Source of the DNA: Octopus sinensis
Taxonomy: Eukaryota
Assembly: GCF_006345805.1 (NCBI RefSeq)
Contig: NC_043002.1
Location: 92,566,001 to 92,630,000, forward strand
Reading direction: 5' to 3'
DNA: 64,000 nucleotides
Below, in pieces: positions 25,818-38,735 of the stretch. Below the pieces are notes generated by a model. That model saw only the letters and a program-made list of their open reading frames with translations. It made no database searches and had not been told where the DNA came from. Position 1 is the stretch's first letter; every line of letters begins with the position of its first letter. The translations under genes were made by a program, and so were the position numbers.

Positions 25818-25984
25818 TGTCTTCCCTTCTCTGAGATCTTTCCTTTTCCTATGTTTCTGACGAAGAGCTCCGCTCGAAACGTTAAACCCTCCTTCTTCCC
25901 TTCCTTCCTGAGCGTCCAATAATACTATATTTGTTCCACGTCCTCGCGTTGTTGTGTTTTCTCTTTGTGTTTTCATGTTTGGAT

Positions 25985-25990
<6 letters not shown>
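25818..25990 (+). mobile_element. Penelope-like terminal fragment with minimal hammerhead at 25853-25887
   Basis: Same family as 15681-15892. Confidence 0.75.
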
Positions 25991-26065
<75 letters not shown>

Positions 26066-26467
26066 ATATACATATATCCATGCATATATACATATATACA
26101 TACATGTATGTATACACTTACATACACAAATATAACTATGTATGTATACATATTCATACATATATATATGTACGTATATATGTATGTTTGTTTATGTATA
26201 TATTTAAGTCACAATATATGGATCCAAGTAATCTGGTAGTACTCATAAAAAAGCTGCTTAATGTATCATTCTACAAACCATAAAGAATACGTAATAATAT
26301 AGAAAAGAAAAAGATGAGGTGTGAATAAATCCATAAATGATAGAGAATTAACTTTTATTTAACAAAAAAAAAATTAAAATATCACGACAAATTTGTTTCG
26401 TAACTAAAAAAAGTAAATAACATATATTATCATATTTAATAATAATAATACTAATAAACGCTAATAA

Positions 26468-27006
26468 TGTTACACTCCTCTCACGTGGCGAATGGTATGT
26501 GATAGTCGCTATTAATGAGGTGACGTCGGTCAGTGTCAGGACAGAGTACGAAGTAGACGGTCATAGATCATCATCATTCATCATTGTTCGACCGTGGTCG
26601 AGACAATGGAATTTACCATGCTACGCCAGACTTCACGGTCCATCATGGCATTACGGAGGTCCTGTTGCTGGATGCCTGTATCCCTGGAGATTACATCAGG
26701 GTAGGAGAGTGTGCGCCCTCTGGTATTGCGAGTAGATGGCTTCCAGAGGAGAGGAGTAGAAATTACCTCTTTTTCAGCTCTACAACAATGTCCAGCAAAC
26801 TGGACTCTCTTACCTTTCACAAGAGATGACACAGGTGGTAGTTCCCCATATATTTGCATTTTGGTTGGATGACGCTTCCACGAGAGATTTTGAGCTCTCA
26901 TAAGGAGGCGAGTGTAGGTTCCATAGTCGTGGTCTCACTTGTCTTACTAACTACACCGCTACACCAGAGTGGGCGTTATAACAATCCGACATAAAGGATT
27001 ACAACA
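26468..27006 (+). mobile_element. 5' LTR (~180 bp net) of a Ty3/Gypsy element, split by an RTE insertion
   Basis: TGTT...AACA termini, immediately followed by PBS-like TGGCGACAAGG. Confidence 0.65.
26567..26921 (-). mobile_element. RTE-clade LINE 3' end
   Basis: GTYTRLLMRAQNLSWKRHPT..RVQFAGHC..DREVWRSMV; (TGA)n tail; CATAG on both flanks. Confidence 0.88.
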
Positions 27007-27007
27007 G

Positions 27008-27018
27008 TGGCGACAAGG
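27008..27018 (+). promoter_or_regulatory. Primer binding site of the LTR element
   Basis: TGGCGACAAGG one base after the LTR end. Confidence 0.65.
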
Positions 27019-27445
27019 TATTAACGAACTCAGAAAATATTTTTTTTGTACGAATTTTACGGGGAAATACATCGTAAAATTATGGAAAATTTGTTGGCTG
27101 GTTTGCTCGAGTCGCAAAAACGCCAGCAACAGCGACTGAAAGAACAGCAACTACAACTGCAAGAACAACAGCAGAAGCAACAACAACAACAACAGCTACA
27201 AATGCGAGAACAACAGCAGAAACAACAACAGCATCAACAACTGAACAACAACAACAACGGCTACACCTGCAAGTACAACAGCAGAAGCAACAACAACAAA
27301 AGTTACTATTACAGCAACAAATGCTGCAATTAATGAGAACTAAGTCGTCAGGAAATGCTGAAAAAAAATCTTCTCGCCAGATTATGTTGCAAACTCGATA
27401 ACAGGGTTTAAGTACGAATCAGACAAAGGAGTTATCTTCGAGACT

Positions 27446-27856
27446 TACTCTTTTACTCTTTTACTTGTTTCAGTCATTTGACTGCGGCCATGCTGGAGCA
27501 CCGCCTTTAGTCGAGCAAATCGACCCCGGGACTTATTCTTTGTAAGCCCAGTACTTATTCAATCGGTCTCTTTTGCCGAACCGCTAAGTGACGGGGACGT
27601 AAACACATCAGCATCGGTTGTCAAGCAATGCTAGGGAGACAAACACAGACACACAAACACACACAGGCATATATATATATATACATATATACGACAGGCT
27701 TCTTTCAGTTTCCGTCTACCAAATCCACTCACAAGGCATTGGTCGGCCCGGGGCTATAGCAGAAGACACTTGCCCAAGATGCCACGCAGTGGGACTGAAC
27801 CCAGAACCATGTGGTTGGTTAGCAAGCTACTTACCACACAGCCACTCCTGCGCCTA
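27446..27856 (-). mobile_element. tRNA-derived SINE family E inserted in gag
   Basis: GGCGCAGGAGTGGCTGTGTGGTAAG head, internal microsatellite, (AAAAGAGT)n tail; splits IFETY/YRRY. Confidence 0.9.
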
Positions 27857-29535
27857 TAGAAGATACCAACAAATATCTTCAATAAAGAATGCAAAAATTG
27901 GGACGACGATATGAAAATGCGTTTAATCTTAAGAAAACTGGCTGCAGGAGAACATGAGCGTTACAGCAATTATGTACTCCCGAAAAACCCTTCTGACATG
28001 AACTTTAAAGATATAATAGACACATTGTGTAAAATCTTTAGTGAGAACAGCTCGTTGCTCAATACACTTTGGGAATGTTTGAACCTAGAAAAGAACAACG
28101 AGGAGGACTACATCACATTTGCTGGTAGAGTTAACAGGGAATAGGGAAAGTTCGAGCTGAACGAATTGACGTCAGATATATTTAAGTGCCTGATATTTAC
28201 TCAGGGGTTAACTGCAGAGAAAGACGCTGAAGTGAGAACAAGAATTCTCGCTAAGCTGGAGCAAAACCAAGCTGTAACTTTGCAACAAGTGTTAAAAGAA
28301 TGTGGATGAATAGTAAATTTAAGACACGACACAGAGAAAATTGAACATATACTCCCAAGTGACACAAGTACGAAATAGGCAGAATAGAAATCAAGTGTGT
28401 ACCAAAATACTGTACAAACAGGACAAGAATCAGGAAAAATGAAACCATGTTTTGCATGTAGAGGTCTAAACCTGAGGAAAAACTGTCCATTTAAGAAAGC
28501 AGAATGTTTCCGTTGTGGAAAAATTGGACACGTAAAATGCACTGTAAAGCCTAGATGACAAAATGAGGGACCGAAACAAAGAAAAACGAATAAGCAGTAT
28601 GTCGTCGAGAGAAAATGGTAATATAACAAAGAGAAAATTCGTAAATGTTAAAATTTAAAATATAAGAGTAAAAATGATGTTGTGAACGAAAAAACTTGGG
28701 AGTATATCGGTAGGCCGAAATTAAGTAAATCTACAAAAGTAGCACATGGTGTTACGGTTAAAAAGATTGTATTTTGTCGGTGAATTTCTGTGTAATGTAA
28801 CAGTTCGTGACCAAATGAAAACAGCAAAAATATATGTGCTAAAAAATTCAGTTAATCTATTCGGCACAGAGTTGGTGGGAATATTCAGATTGTGGAATAC
28901 ACCCATAAATGTTTTGTGTGGGAACACAATCGGCTCAGTCGAAGGTTTGAATGTGGCTGAGGGGCCGAAACAAAAAAATAAAACATTTATTTCCAGATGT
29001 TTTCTCGGATGAACTGGGCTGTTGCACGAAAACAACGGCAAAAATTGCAGTAAAACAAAGTGCAACACCTGAATTTAAGCCAAAATGGAATATGCCATTC
29101 ACGGCAATAGACCAGATAAACAAAGAACTTGAAACACTTGAAAGCCTAGGAATAATCGAGAAAACGGACCACTCAGACTTGGCAGCACCTACGGTCTACA
29201 TAAAAAAGAAAAATAACAAGTTAAGAATTTGTGCAGGGATTTCAACAGGTTTCAATGATTGCATAATCTCACATAACTACCCATTACTGAGCCCGGAAGA
29301 AGTGTTTTGCAAAACTGAATGGAGGGAAATTCTTCTCAAAATTAGAAATCTCGGAGGCTTATCTACAAATCCGAATAGAAGAAGAATGCTCACACTTACT
29401 AACTATCAATGCACACCGTGGCTTATTTAAATTTAAGCGGCTTCCCTTCCTTGTAAAAGTGTCTCCTTCCATATTTCAGGAAATAATGAATACAATGCTA
29501 GACGACTATGATTTCACTATCGCCTATTTAGACAA

Positions 29536-29833
29536 TCTTTATATATAAAAGTGAAGTTGTGTGTCTGTCTCCTACGATTTAGATTCCTAACTACTCCAAT
29601 ATTTTGCAGTGCAGTTTAACCAAAAGCGGATATCTTATAGTCGTGATTCATATCGAGCCCTTCTGGGTATTAGCGCGCGTCTACAATGAGTCTACGATTA
29701 AAAAAAGAATTACCATCATTTTTTCCCATTTTCAATGCATTTTTTCGCTATTATATAAGGGAAGCAACTCTCTAAAAATGCTTATATAGTTATTTTCCTT
29801 ACAAACACGAGCAACGCCGGGCGATACTGCTAG
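29536..29833 (+). mobile_element. Non-autonomous Helitron-type element
   Basis: 5' TC, 3' hairpin CGAGCAACGCCGGG then CTAG; inserted between A and T with no TSD. Confidence 0.88.
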
Positions 29834-30811
29834 TATTCTAATAAAAAGCGAATCACATGAACAACATGTAGAACACGTTAAAAATGTATTCGAGAAGATC
29901 AGCGAATACTGTTTCAAGTTAACGGAAGAAAAATACGAGTTCTTTATGAAAAAAATCAAATACTTGGACCAGATAATAGTTAAAAACGGACGGAAACCAG
30001 ATCCATTCAGAACAACCTCGATAAAAAAAATATGCCGGAATCATGTGGTTAAGGAAGCAAGCTTCCTACCACACAGCCACGCCATCCATTTACGACATTA
30101 TTAGTTTCACCAAATCGTTATTATACACGCAGTAGAGAGACCAATACAGTTCTTAGTTGTTAGAATAGCAAGTATTGATAATTGCTAGCCTTCATCCAAG
30201 AATCATCAATGACTACTTTGTAATAAACTGCAATGGATTGAATTTGACATTTGAAGTTCCTATTGTGATTTCCCCATCTATCACAAATTGGTTTTATAAT
30301 TAATAAACCAACTTTAATCAAATCCAAGGTCTGGATTCAGTGTCGTAACCCACAGTGGTGGCAGATGGGGTGGGTTGTGGGAACTACTATGTGTCTAACT
30401 AGTTAGTGACACGGCTCTTTATCTGAACTAAGGGACGACTTGAGCCAAGTACTGGAAGGTAACGTATCCCTCATTAACTAAAATTAGAGAGCACTCGTAC
30501 TTAACTAAAATTAGATAGAAATTCCACCGCCGACGACGACGTCGATGACTACTATGATGACGATAACGACGACAATGACGATGATTATGATGACCCAATA
30601 GTGAACTGTCTCAATACACAACAGTGCTAGCGAAAATTAAGTGATTTGCACATAAACACAACGCAGTACAAGTAATGAAATACGTTCTGTTAAAAGGAAA
30701 AAAGCCAATTTTCTCAGAGACATTGATTTGTATCTACACATTTTACTTATTAGTTATATGGATTGATGAGATGCGGTCCGTGTTGAATTTTTTTAGCCAC
30801 TAGTCCCGCAT

Positions 30812-31197
30812 GGATGGATGGAAGCACTCCGTCGGTTACGACGACGAGGGTTCCGGTTGATCCGATCAACGGAACAGCCTGCTCGTGAAATTAACGTGTA
30901 AGTGGCTGAGCACTCCACAGACACGTGCACCCTTAACGTAGTTCTCGGGGATATTCAGCGTGACACAGAGAGTGACAAGGCCGGCCCTTTGAAATACAGG
31001 TACAACAGAAACAGGAAGTAAGAGTGAGGGGAAGTTGTGGTGAAAGAGTACAGCAGGGGTCACCACCATCCCTGCGGGAGCATCGTGGAGCTTTAGGTGT
31101 TTTCGCTCAATAAACACTCACAACGCTCGGTCTGGGAATCGAAACCGCGATCCTACGACCGCGAGTCCGCTGCCCTAACCACTGGGCCATTGCGCCT
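30812..31197 (-). mobile_element. SINE family C, full length
   Basis: 15-bp TSD CCACTAGTCCCGCAT. Confidence 0.93.
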
Positions 31198-31489
31198 CCA
31201 CTAGTCCCGCATATTGTGGCGTATATCCTCGTACACATAAAATCTGTTAACTGCAGGACACTGAGGGGGAGAATATATCAGGAAATATCCCGTGTACTAC
31301 ATACAAATACTCTGTAGTCTCACGTATGTAATATTGTGTATTGAAGCAGTACGATTAACTGGGATTATCCATATTATTTGCAGCCAAAATTTCCCCCTTG
31401 AAATGTTTAAAATTCTATAAACAATAACAAAATGAGATGCTCCATAAATTATTGAAAGTTTTATTTTCCCACGAGTAAGTGTCTTGTGC

Positions 31490-31557
31490 TTAGGGTCCGG
31501 GCCGACCGAAGCCTTGTGAGTGGATTTGGTAGATTTAACTGAAAGAAGCCCGTCTCG

Positions 31558-31610
<53 letters not shown>

Positions 31611-31780
31611 TGTGTGTGTGCGTGTTTGTCCTCTACCATGACTTGGTAACCGTAGTTGGTTTGTATACGTTCCTGTAATTTAGCTCTTCAGTACTGAAGC
31701 CGATCTGTTCGAATACCCACTTCAAGGTAATGCTCTAGCATGATCGTAGTCCAATGACTAAAATAAGTAAAAGATAAGAA
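31490..31780 (+). mobile_element. SINE family E, partial
   Basis: GCCGACCGAAGCCTTGTGAGTGGATTTGGTAG..ACTGAAAGAAGCCCGTC. Confidence 0.75.
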
Positions 31781-32084
31781 ATTCGATTAATTGAAAATAT
31801 TAAAGTTATCTCCCTTGCTTATAATTTTAAAATTGTAAACACATTTAGAGGGAGGTGTTTTTTTATCTACATATCGCATAAATATTTTCAGATAAACTAA
31901 ATTTTTAAACTGACTGACCCGACCTATTTGTACCTGATACTGTTCTGGATATAGAAAGAACGAAGTACTAGCTGCCGGAGGAGATTGTAGTGAATATGTA
32001 CTCATTGAGTACTCCAATACACCGACTGTTTTCTTCTTAAGCCTTGGAACTCATGGTGACCGAAGTCACAACATTCCGGTCCGT

Positions 32085-32298
32085 TGCAAGGGTTGAAGAC
32101 CAGCGATTTTGAGGAGAAGACTAGTCGATCACATAGACCCAATACTTGACCGAGTACTTTATTTCATCGACCTCGAAGAGATAAAAGGAAAAAGTTGGCC
32201 TTAGCAGGATCTGAACACAGAACGTAAAAGTCCAGAGGACATGTCATCATGCATTTTGGCCAACATGCTAACAATGATTCTGCCAGCTTGCCACCTAT
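32085..32298 (-). mobile_element. SINE family A, old copy
   Basis: Degenerate family A motifs. Confidence 0.65.
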
Positions 32299-32554
32299 AA
32301 TCAATACTGAAATATTTGACAGATACTGCTACGATGTCACTTTTTCAGTAAATTTTATTGTAGACAGCACTTGATAATGTTTTAACTGCTTTGTCTTCAA
32401 GTCACTTCTGATTTATCAGACCAATGATCAAAAGCGTTCTAGCCGTGACCGTTGACCCTTTTTTTTTTTAGTTTATTTCTTACTTTGTTTATAGGCATGG
32501 TATATCTAGGACAACATAGTTTCATGTATCGTTCCTTATTTCGTCGTCGTCGTC

Positions 32555-32886
32555 GTGGCACTCTGTCGGTTACGACGATGAAGGTTCCAGTTGATCCGAT
32601 CAACGGAACAGCTTCCCAATGAAATTAACGTGCAAGTGGCTGAGTACTCCACAAGCTCGTGTACCCTTAACGTAGACACAGAGTATGACGAGGTTGGCCC
32701 TTTGAAATACAGGTACAATAGAAACAGGAGTGAAAGAGTAGAGCAGGGTTCGCCACCACCCACCCTGCTGGAGCCTCATGGAGCTTTAGGTATTTTCGCT
32801 CAATAAACACTCACAACGCTCGGTCTGGAAATCGAAATCACGATCCTACAACTGCGTGTCTGCTGCCCTAACCATCACGCCTCCAC
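32555..32886 (-). mobile_element. SINE family C, diverged
   Basis: Similar to 30812-31197. Confidence 0.85.
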
Positions 32887-33289
32887 GTTCCTTACTTACC
32901 AAGGCAGTGTATTATATATTATAAGGCAGACATTTGAAAATGAAAGTTGGTACCTATGACACCTTCTACAGGTTCGCTGAGACTGGTGGGGTGAGATAAG
33001 GAACATCTGACGGTTCCTCAGTGGATCACTGAATGTCTGTAAGATATCTGCGGCGGAGGTTGCGGCGGTTGCGATGGCAACAGTGGAAACGACGGTGGTG
33101 ACAGTGGTGGAGGCGTCGCTGGTAGAAGCAGCGGCAGTGGTGGTAACGGTAGCAACGGTGGTGGTGGTGGTGGCAGTGGTGGCGGTAATAGGGATGGCAC
33201 CAGCGAAGGTGGCGGCGGCAACTGCGGCAACGGCGACTGTAAGAGCGGCAATAGCCGCGACAACGGTGACGGTGCAGCTGCGGTTGCAG

Positions 33290-33655
33290 TTGTTGTTGTT
33301 GCTGTTGAGCGAAGCGGTCTTCGTCCCAGAGTGGGAGAAGTCCGAAACGTGGGACCTTCGCTATTCGTAAGACCCGCAGAAGAGAAAGCAGGCCAACCCC
33401 CCGACACCGAGAGCATCGACGGATGGATGATGAATACGCATCCAGGCTCAGTGGTTGCGTAGGAAGTCGGGGGACAAGAAACAGGAAGAAAGAGTGAGAG
33501 AAAGTTGGGGGCGAAAGAGTAACAACAGGGGTCGCCACCACCCCTTGCCGGAGCCTCGTGGAGCTTTAGGTGTTTTCGCTCAATAAACACACACACACAA
33601 CGCCCGGTCTGGGAATCGAAACCGCGAGTCCGCTGCCCTAACCACTGGGCCATTT
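33290..33655 (-). mobile_element. SINE with a family C head and a different 3' tail
   Basis: Head and centre as in family C; tail CCCCCGACTTCCTACGCAACC...GAAGACCGCTTCGCTCAAC followed by (CAA)n. Confidence 0.75.
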
Positions 33656-35167
33656 GCAGTTGCAGCTGTGACGACAGCGGCGGCGGCGCGGCGGCTTTGG
33701 GCTCTGATGGGGGGGGGGACGGCGGCGGCGTCTCCGGCAGCATCGACGGCTTCTCTAGAGATGTTCAGCAGATTTATATTTTCTTCTATCTTCTACAGTC
33801 CATTTGACATAATGAGTATAAGCAAGTCTGTATGTGAAGATTTCCAGTTCAATAACAAGAACGGCAGGCACCACCACCACCACCACCACCACCACAACCA
33901 CCACCACCAGCGCTTCTCTACATCGCCGTCGTCGTCATCATTGTCATCGTCGTTGCCTTTGCTGCTATAGATATATCGCCGTTGTTGCTGTTGACGTCGA
34001 TGTTGTTCGTATAATAAGATCTTCCATAGGAGCCTTTCCATATTAACTTTCTGTTCGATCTGTACGACCTCCTTTTATATAACAACATCAAAGGCAAATT
34101 CAATTAATTCATCCAATAGCCTCTAACCTCACTTACGTTCTACTTTTCCATATTCGCTTTATTGAATCTGTTTCAGACAGGGAAAACTTTCAACAAAATT
34201 CTCGTCTTATTTCTATTCCGTTCTATTTTATTTACTCCGTCCCCAATCTCTCTGAGCCCTTACTTGGTTGGTCTTGTTTCGTTATTCAAAATAAAATAAA
34301 ATAAAATGAAATAAAATAAAATGAAATAAAATAAAAAAAAAAAAGCAAAACTGGGGGGCTATGAAATGAGTGTCAGCAACAGGTTAAGAAGTAAAGATGC
34401 TTTGCAAACATGTTTTTATGCCCTCGCTATTCTCCTTTTACTTGTTACAAAGAAACTTGGCACGTTTCTGTTGTCCGTAATACAATAATAAACAGGAGAG
34501 CAGACGGAGCTTTTTGTTGCTGGTGGTGATGGTGGTAGCAGTGGTGGTGGTGGTATTGTTGCTCTTCGTGCTGATGGTGGTGAAGTTGAATAGGATGTGT
34601 TAATGGTGTGTCGGTACTGGGGATGGTGGTGGTGGTGGTAGTGGTGGTGGTGGTGGTGATTGTAATGGTACTGACGGCGGCAGGTTATAGCATTAATAGT
34701 GAGGGTGGTCGTAGTAGTTGGTAGTGGTAGTCGGTAGTGGTAGTTGTGGATGATAAAGGGTAGTTATAGGTGTGTTTGTTGTTATTTCAACACTAGGCAA
34801 TAGCTTAATTCAAACGTAGTTAAAACCTCCCTAACCCAACCCCACCCACACCACACCACACACACATATGTATAGAGAGAGAGAGGGACGGAGAGAAAGA
34901 GAGAGAGAAGAATATTATGAGAGGTTTAGTGCACTTGTGATCTAAACGAATAGGTTTACATACATATATTTGAGACTTAGGGTACAGGGTATCACCTACA
35001 TTGCTAAAAATTAAAAAAACCAAAAACCTTAGAATCGCAAGAAAGTACATTCAACTTTTTAACTCTTATTTCAAGCAGTGTAGGTGCTACTCTGCACCTT
35101 CATTCACAATTAGTGACACTTCAATTTTCCCTTTTTGGTTTATAATGCATATAGCCGCCTTTGTTAT

Positions 35168-35251
<84 letters not shown>

Positions 35252-35293
35252 GCCATGATAGATCACTACCCACTGTACATTCTTTATTTTCTC

Positions 35294-35735
35294 GGATCTT
35301 TTCGGTTTGACCGGCAGTTTTTTTTTTAATAATTTCCACGTAACTAAATACTTTTAAACTACGTATACTGGTAGAATGTGTTTATAAAACATCTTTTTCT
35401 CTTGGCTTTATTGACAAAATTCTATAGTTTGGAAAATATTTGTTGTTTTTTTTTCTTCAATTTCTGCAATTTCAACCAATCAATGACGTCTATTAAGGTG
35501 AAAACATTCTGTGCCGTATGAATATTCCCTCGTTTAAGAAACAGATTGGGTTTATTTACATTTCTGAAGAAAAAAAATATACCCTTCCCTCCAACCCTAA
35601 CCTTAACCCTAACTAACCCTAACTCTAACCCTAAAAGAGATTGAAATGCAATAGATCGATACTAGGGTCATAATTATGGGTGTCAATTTCATATGACACC
35701 GCTAGAAAAAACTGCCGTTCAAACCGAAAAGATCC
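35294..35735. mobile_element. MITE with 28-bp TIRs and internal (CCCTAA)-like repeats
   Basis: GGATCTTTTCGGTTTGACCGGCAGTTTT / AAAACTGCCGTTCAAACCGAAAAGATCC; second copy at 46966-47370. Confidence 0.88.
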
Positions 35736-36583
35736 GTGCACAGAGTACCAAGGCAGTCAAAAGGACAAAGACATGTAGACAAAATTAACACAGTACCAAG
35801 ACAGAGAGACACCTGCTGATACAGAGAACAGGAAATCAACCACCCTGAAATACAGTGAAGAGGGTACCTACCAAACGAAGGAAAAAAATGTTACATGAAA
35901 GATAAGGAGTGTGTATGAGAGGGAAATGGAGGGAGATGGGTGCAACTTAGATACCAGGGGAGATAATGAAAGAGAGTAAGAGGGGAGAGAGAGTATGTGA
36001 GAAGGAGAGAGAGAAAGAAGGATTAGTAAAAGACTTTAACGCAGATACTTAGAGAGAGAGAGAGGGAGAGTGTATGTGTGTGTATGTGTGTGTGTGTCAG
36101 AAAGACAGACAAACCGATAAGGAAAGATGTAGAGAATGAGACATAAGTGATACAAAGAAAAGGAAAGAGAGAACTAAGACAGAGAGAGAGAGAGATGATA
36201 AAGAGAACCAAAAGAGAGAGAGAGAGAGACCTAGAAGAGAGAAATCTAAGAGAGACATAAGAGATACTTAAGGGGGAGAGTAGACAGAGAGAGAGACCTT
36301 AGAAAATTACTAAGAGAGGGAAAGATTTAAGAGAAAGAGAGACGTAAGAGAGAGAGAAAGAGGGAAAAAGAGAGAAAGGAAGAAAGGTAGAAAGAAAAAA
36401 GAAGAGAAGAAAGGAAGGAAGAAAGGAAGAAAGAGGGGGTAATGTTGAGACAGTAACATTGACAGACAGTTTTAGCTAAATGCAGTCTACTTATGTCATT
36501 AAATGACGTCATAGTACATCTGTGTGGATGTCTGATTTTGCGAGTATGTCTGGCTGTTTAAGAGTGTGTGTGTATGTGTGTGT

Positions 36584-36585
<2 letters not shown>

Positions 36586-36656
<71 letters not shown>

Positions 36657-36725
36657 CAGAGAGAGACAGAGAGACACAGAGAGAGAGATATAGAGAGAGA
36701 TAAATAGATAAATAGATAGATAGAC

Positions 36726-36792
<67 letters not shown>

Positions 36793-36861
36793 CAGAGAGA
36801 GACAGAGAGACACAGAGAGAGAGATATAGAGAGAGATAAATAGATAAATAGATAGATAGAC

Positions 36862-36896
<35 letters not shown>

Positions 36897-36951
36897 CAGA
36901 GAGAGACAGAGAGACACAGAGAGAGAGATATAGAGAGAGATAAATAGATAA

Positions 36952-37018
<67 letters not shown>

Positions 37019-37085
37019 TATAGACAGAGAGAGACAAAGAGACAGAGAGAGAGAGAGATATAGAGAGAGATAAATAGATAGATAG
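36586..37085. repeat. (GATA)n satellite with a higher-order block repeated four times
   Basis: GACAGAGAGAGACAGAGAGACACAGAGAGAGAGATATAGAGAGAGATAAATAGA block recurs every ~110-135 bp. Confidence 0.9.
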
Positions 37086-37705
37086 AGAGAGAGAGAGAGA
37101 GATGTGTGTGAGTATGTGTATAGTGTGTATGTTTATATGTTTATATACATAAGTATGCTTATATACATATATGTATGTGTGCACGTTTGTATGTATATAT
37201 AATATATAATATATTATATATATGCGTGTATTCATATATATATTTGTGTCTATAAAATTATGTGTATTTATGTATAAATGATGTATGTATATATTTATCT
37301 GTGTGTGTATATATATGCGCGTATGTGTTAGTGTGTGTGTGTCTGTGTCTGTGTACATGTATGTATATATGTAAGTGTATCTGAGTGTGTATGCTTGTGC
37401 TTTTCTCTATATCCGACTGAATGTATATTCTTACGATTGTATGTTTCTCTATACGTACGAGCGACAGTGTGTGCGTGTGTGTGTGTGCGTGTGTGTCTGT
37501 GTGTGTGTGTGTCTGTGTGTCTGTGTCTGTGTGCGTGTGTGTCTGTCTGTCCCTCTCTCTTTCTGTGTGTGTATGTGTGTGTGTGTGTGAGTTGCAGTAC
37601 TGTCTGGCTTTACAAGTATGCCCATGTGCGTATACGTGTGCATGAAGGCTTGTGCGCGTTTGTGAACCGTGTGCTTGTATGTAAAAGTGTGTCATCTATG
37701 TCAGT

Positions 37706-37743
<38 letters not shown>

Positions 37744-37776
37744 GTGTGTGAGCGTATGCCTGTCAGCCTTTCAGTT

Positions 37777-37830
<54 letters not shown>

Positions 37831-37959
37831 TCTCTCTCTCTGTACAAGTACCTTGCTCATTGTAGCAACAGGTGTTTGCCTGTCTGCCTGTGTTTTTACC
37901 CTGCTCGCCGTATCTACAGATGTCAGTTTCAAATATGTGTGTTTGCGTGTATGTGTGTG

Positions 37960-38001
<42 letters not shown>

Positions 38002-38462
38002 CTGTGTGCATGAGTGCGTGCGTGCGTGCGTGCTTCTATATGATGTATGTTTCCGTTTATCTGTACGTATAAGTCTATTCTTCCGTTAAGTGTAAAGAGC
38101 TTTCTGATGTTTCTCTGTATATAAATATAAATATATATACACATATATATATATATGTTGTGGGCCATGTTTTGTCTCCTTCTCTCTCTCTTTCTCACTT
38201 ATTCTTTAACTCCTTTCTTTCCCTCTCCCTCTCCCTCTCTCTCTCTCTCCCTCTTTCTTTCACTCTTTATTTTTCTTTTGTGTCGACTTCTGTCTGTGAG
38301 TTTAATGTTGACTGTTTTCCTGTATCTATGCCTCTATGGATATGAACGTGTCTGTTTAGAAGTTATGTTACGCGCATTGTGTATGCGGATCTGTCTTTAT
38401 ATTGTATATATATATATATATATATATAAATATATATATATTATATATATATAATATATCTA

Positions 38463-38507
38463 TAATAACCCGCGAAAGAAATATAATATTTCTTTCGCGG
38501 GTTATTA
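38463..38507. repeat. Perfect palindrome, 22-bp arms, 1-nt spacer
   Basis: TAATAACCCGCGAAAGAAATAT-A-ATATTTCTTTCGCGGGTTATTA. Confidence 0.95.
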
Positions 38508-38735
38508 GCTGCAATTAGCATATTTGCATATACGTGTAACTACGTTTACATGCATTTTTCCGCATATCTATGCCTGTATCTGTACACGTGAGTGTCTGGG
38601 TGTTTCTCCGTGTGCATGTGTGTGTGTGTGTAACTGAAATATACTTTCAATTTTCATCTAATTCATAAAGAACATTTCATTTTTGGATTTGGTTTGCAAG
38701 ATTCTTTATACGAGTTCGTGTGTTGAAGCATATTC

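Larger units (their letters stand above)
27080..30030 (+). pseudogene. Degenerate Ty3/Gypsy (Mag-like) gag-pol, truncated after RT
   Basis: Gag MRLILRKL..FKCLIFTQGL; zinc knuckle CFRCGKIGH; RT FPDVFSDELG..AAPTVYIKKKNNKLRIC..NYPL..RGLFKFKRLPF..AYLDN/ILIKS..KYL; multiple stops and frameshifts. Confidence 0.9.

Noticed and set aside
33018-33743. 241-aa Pro-rich ORF
   Set aside because: Composite of GC-rich triplet repeats and a SINE.
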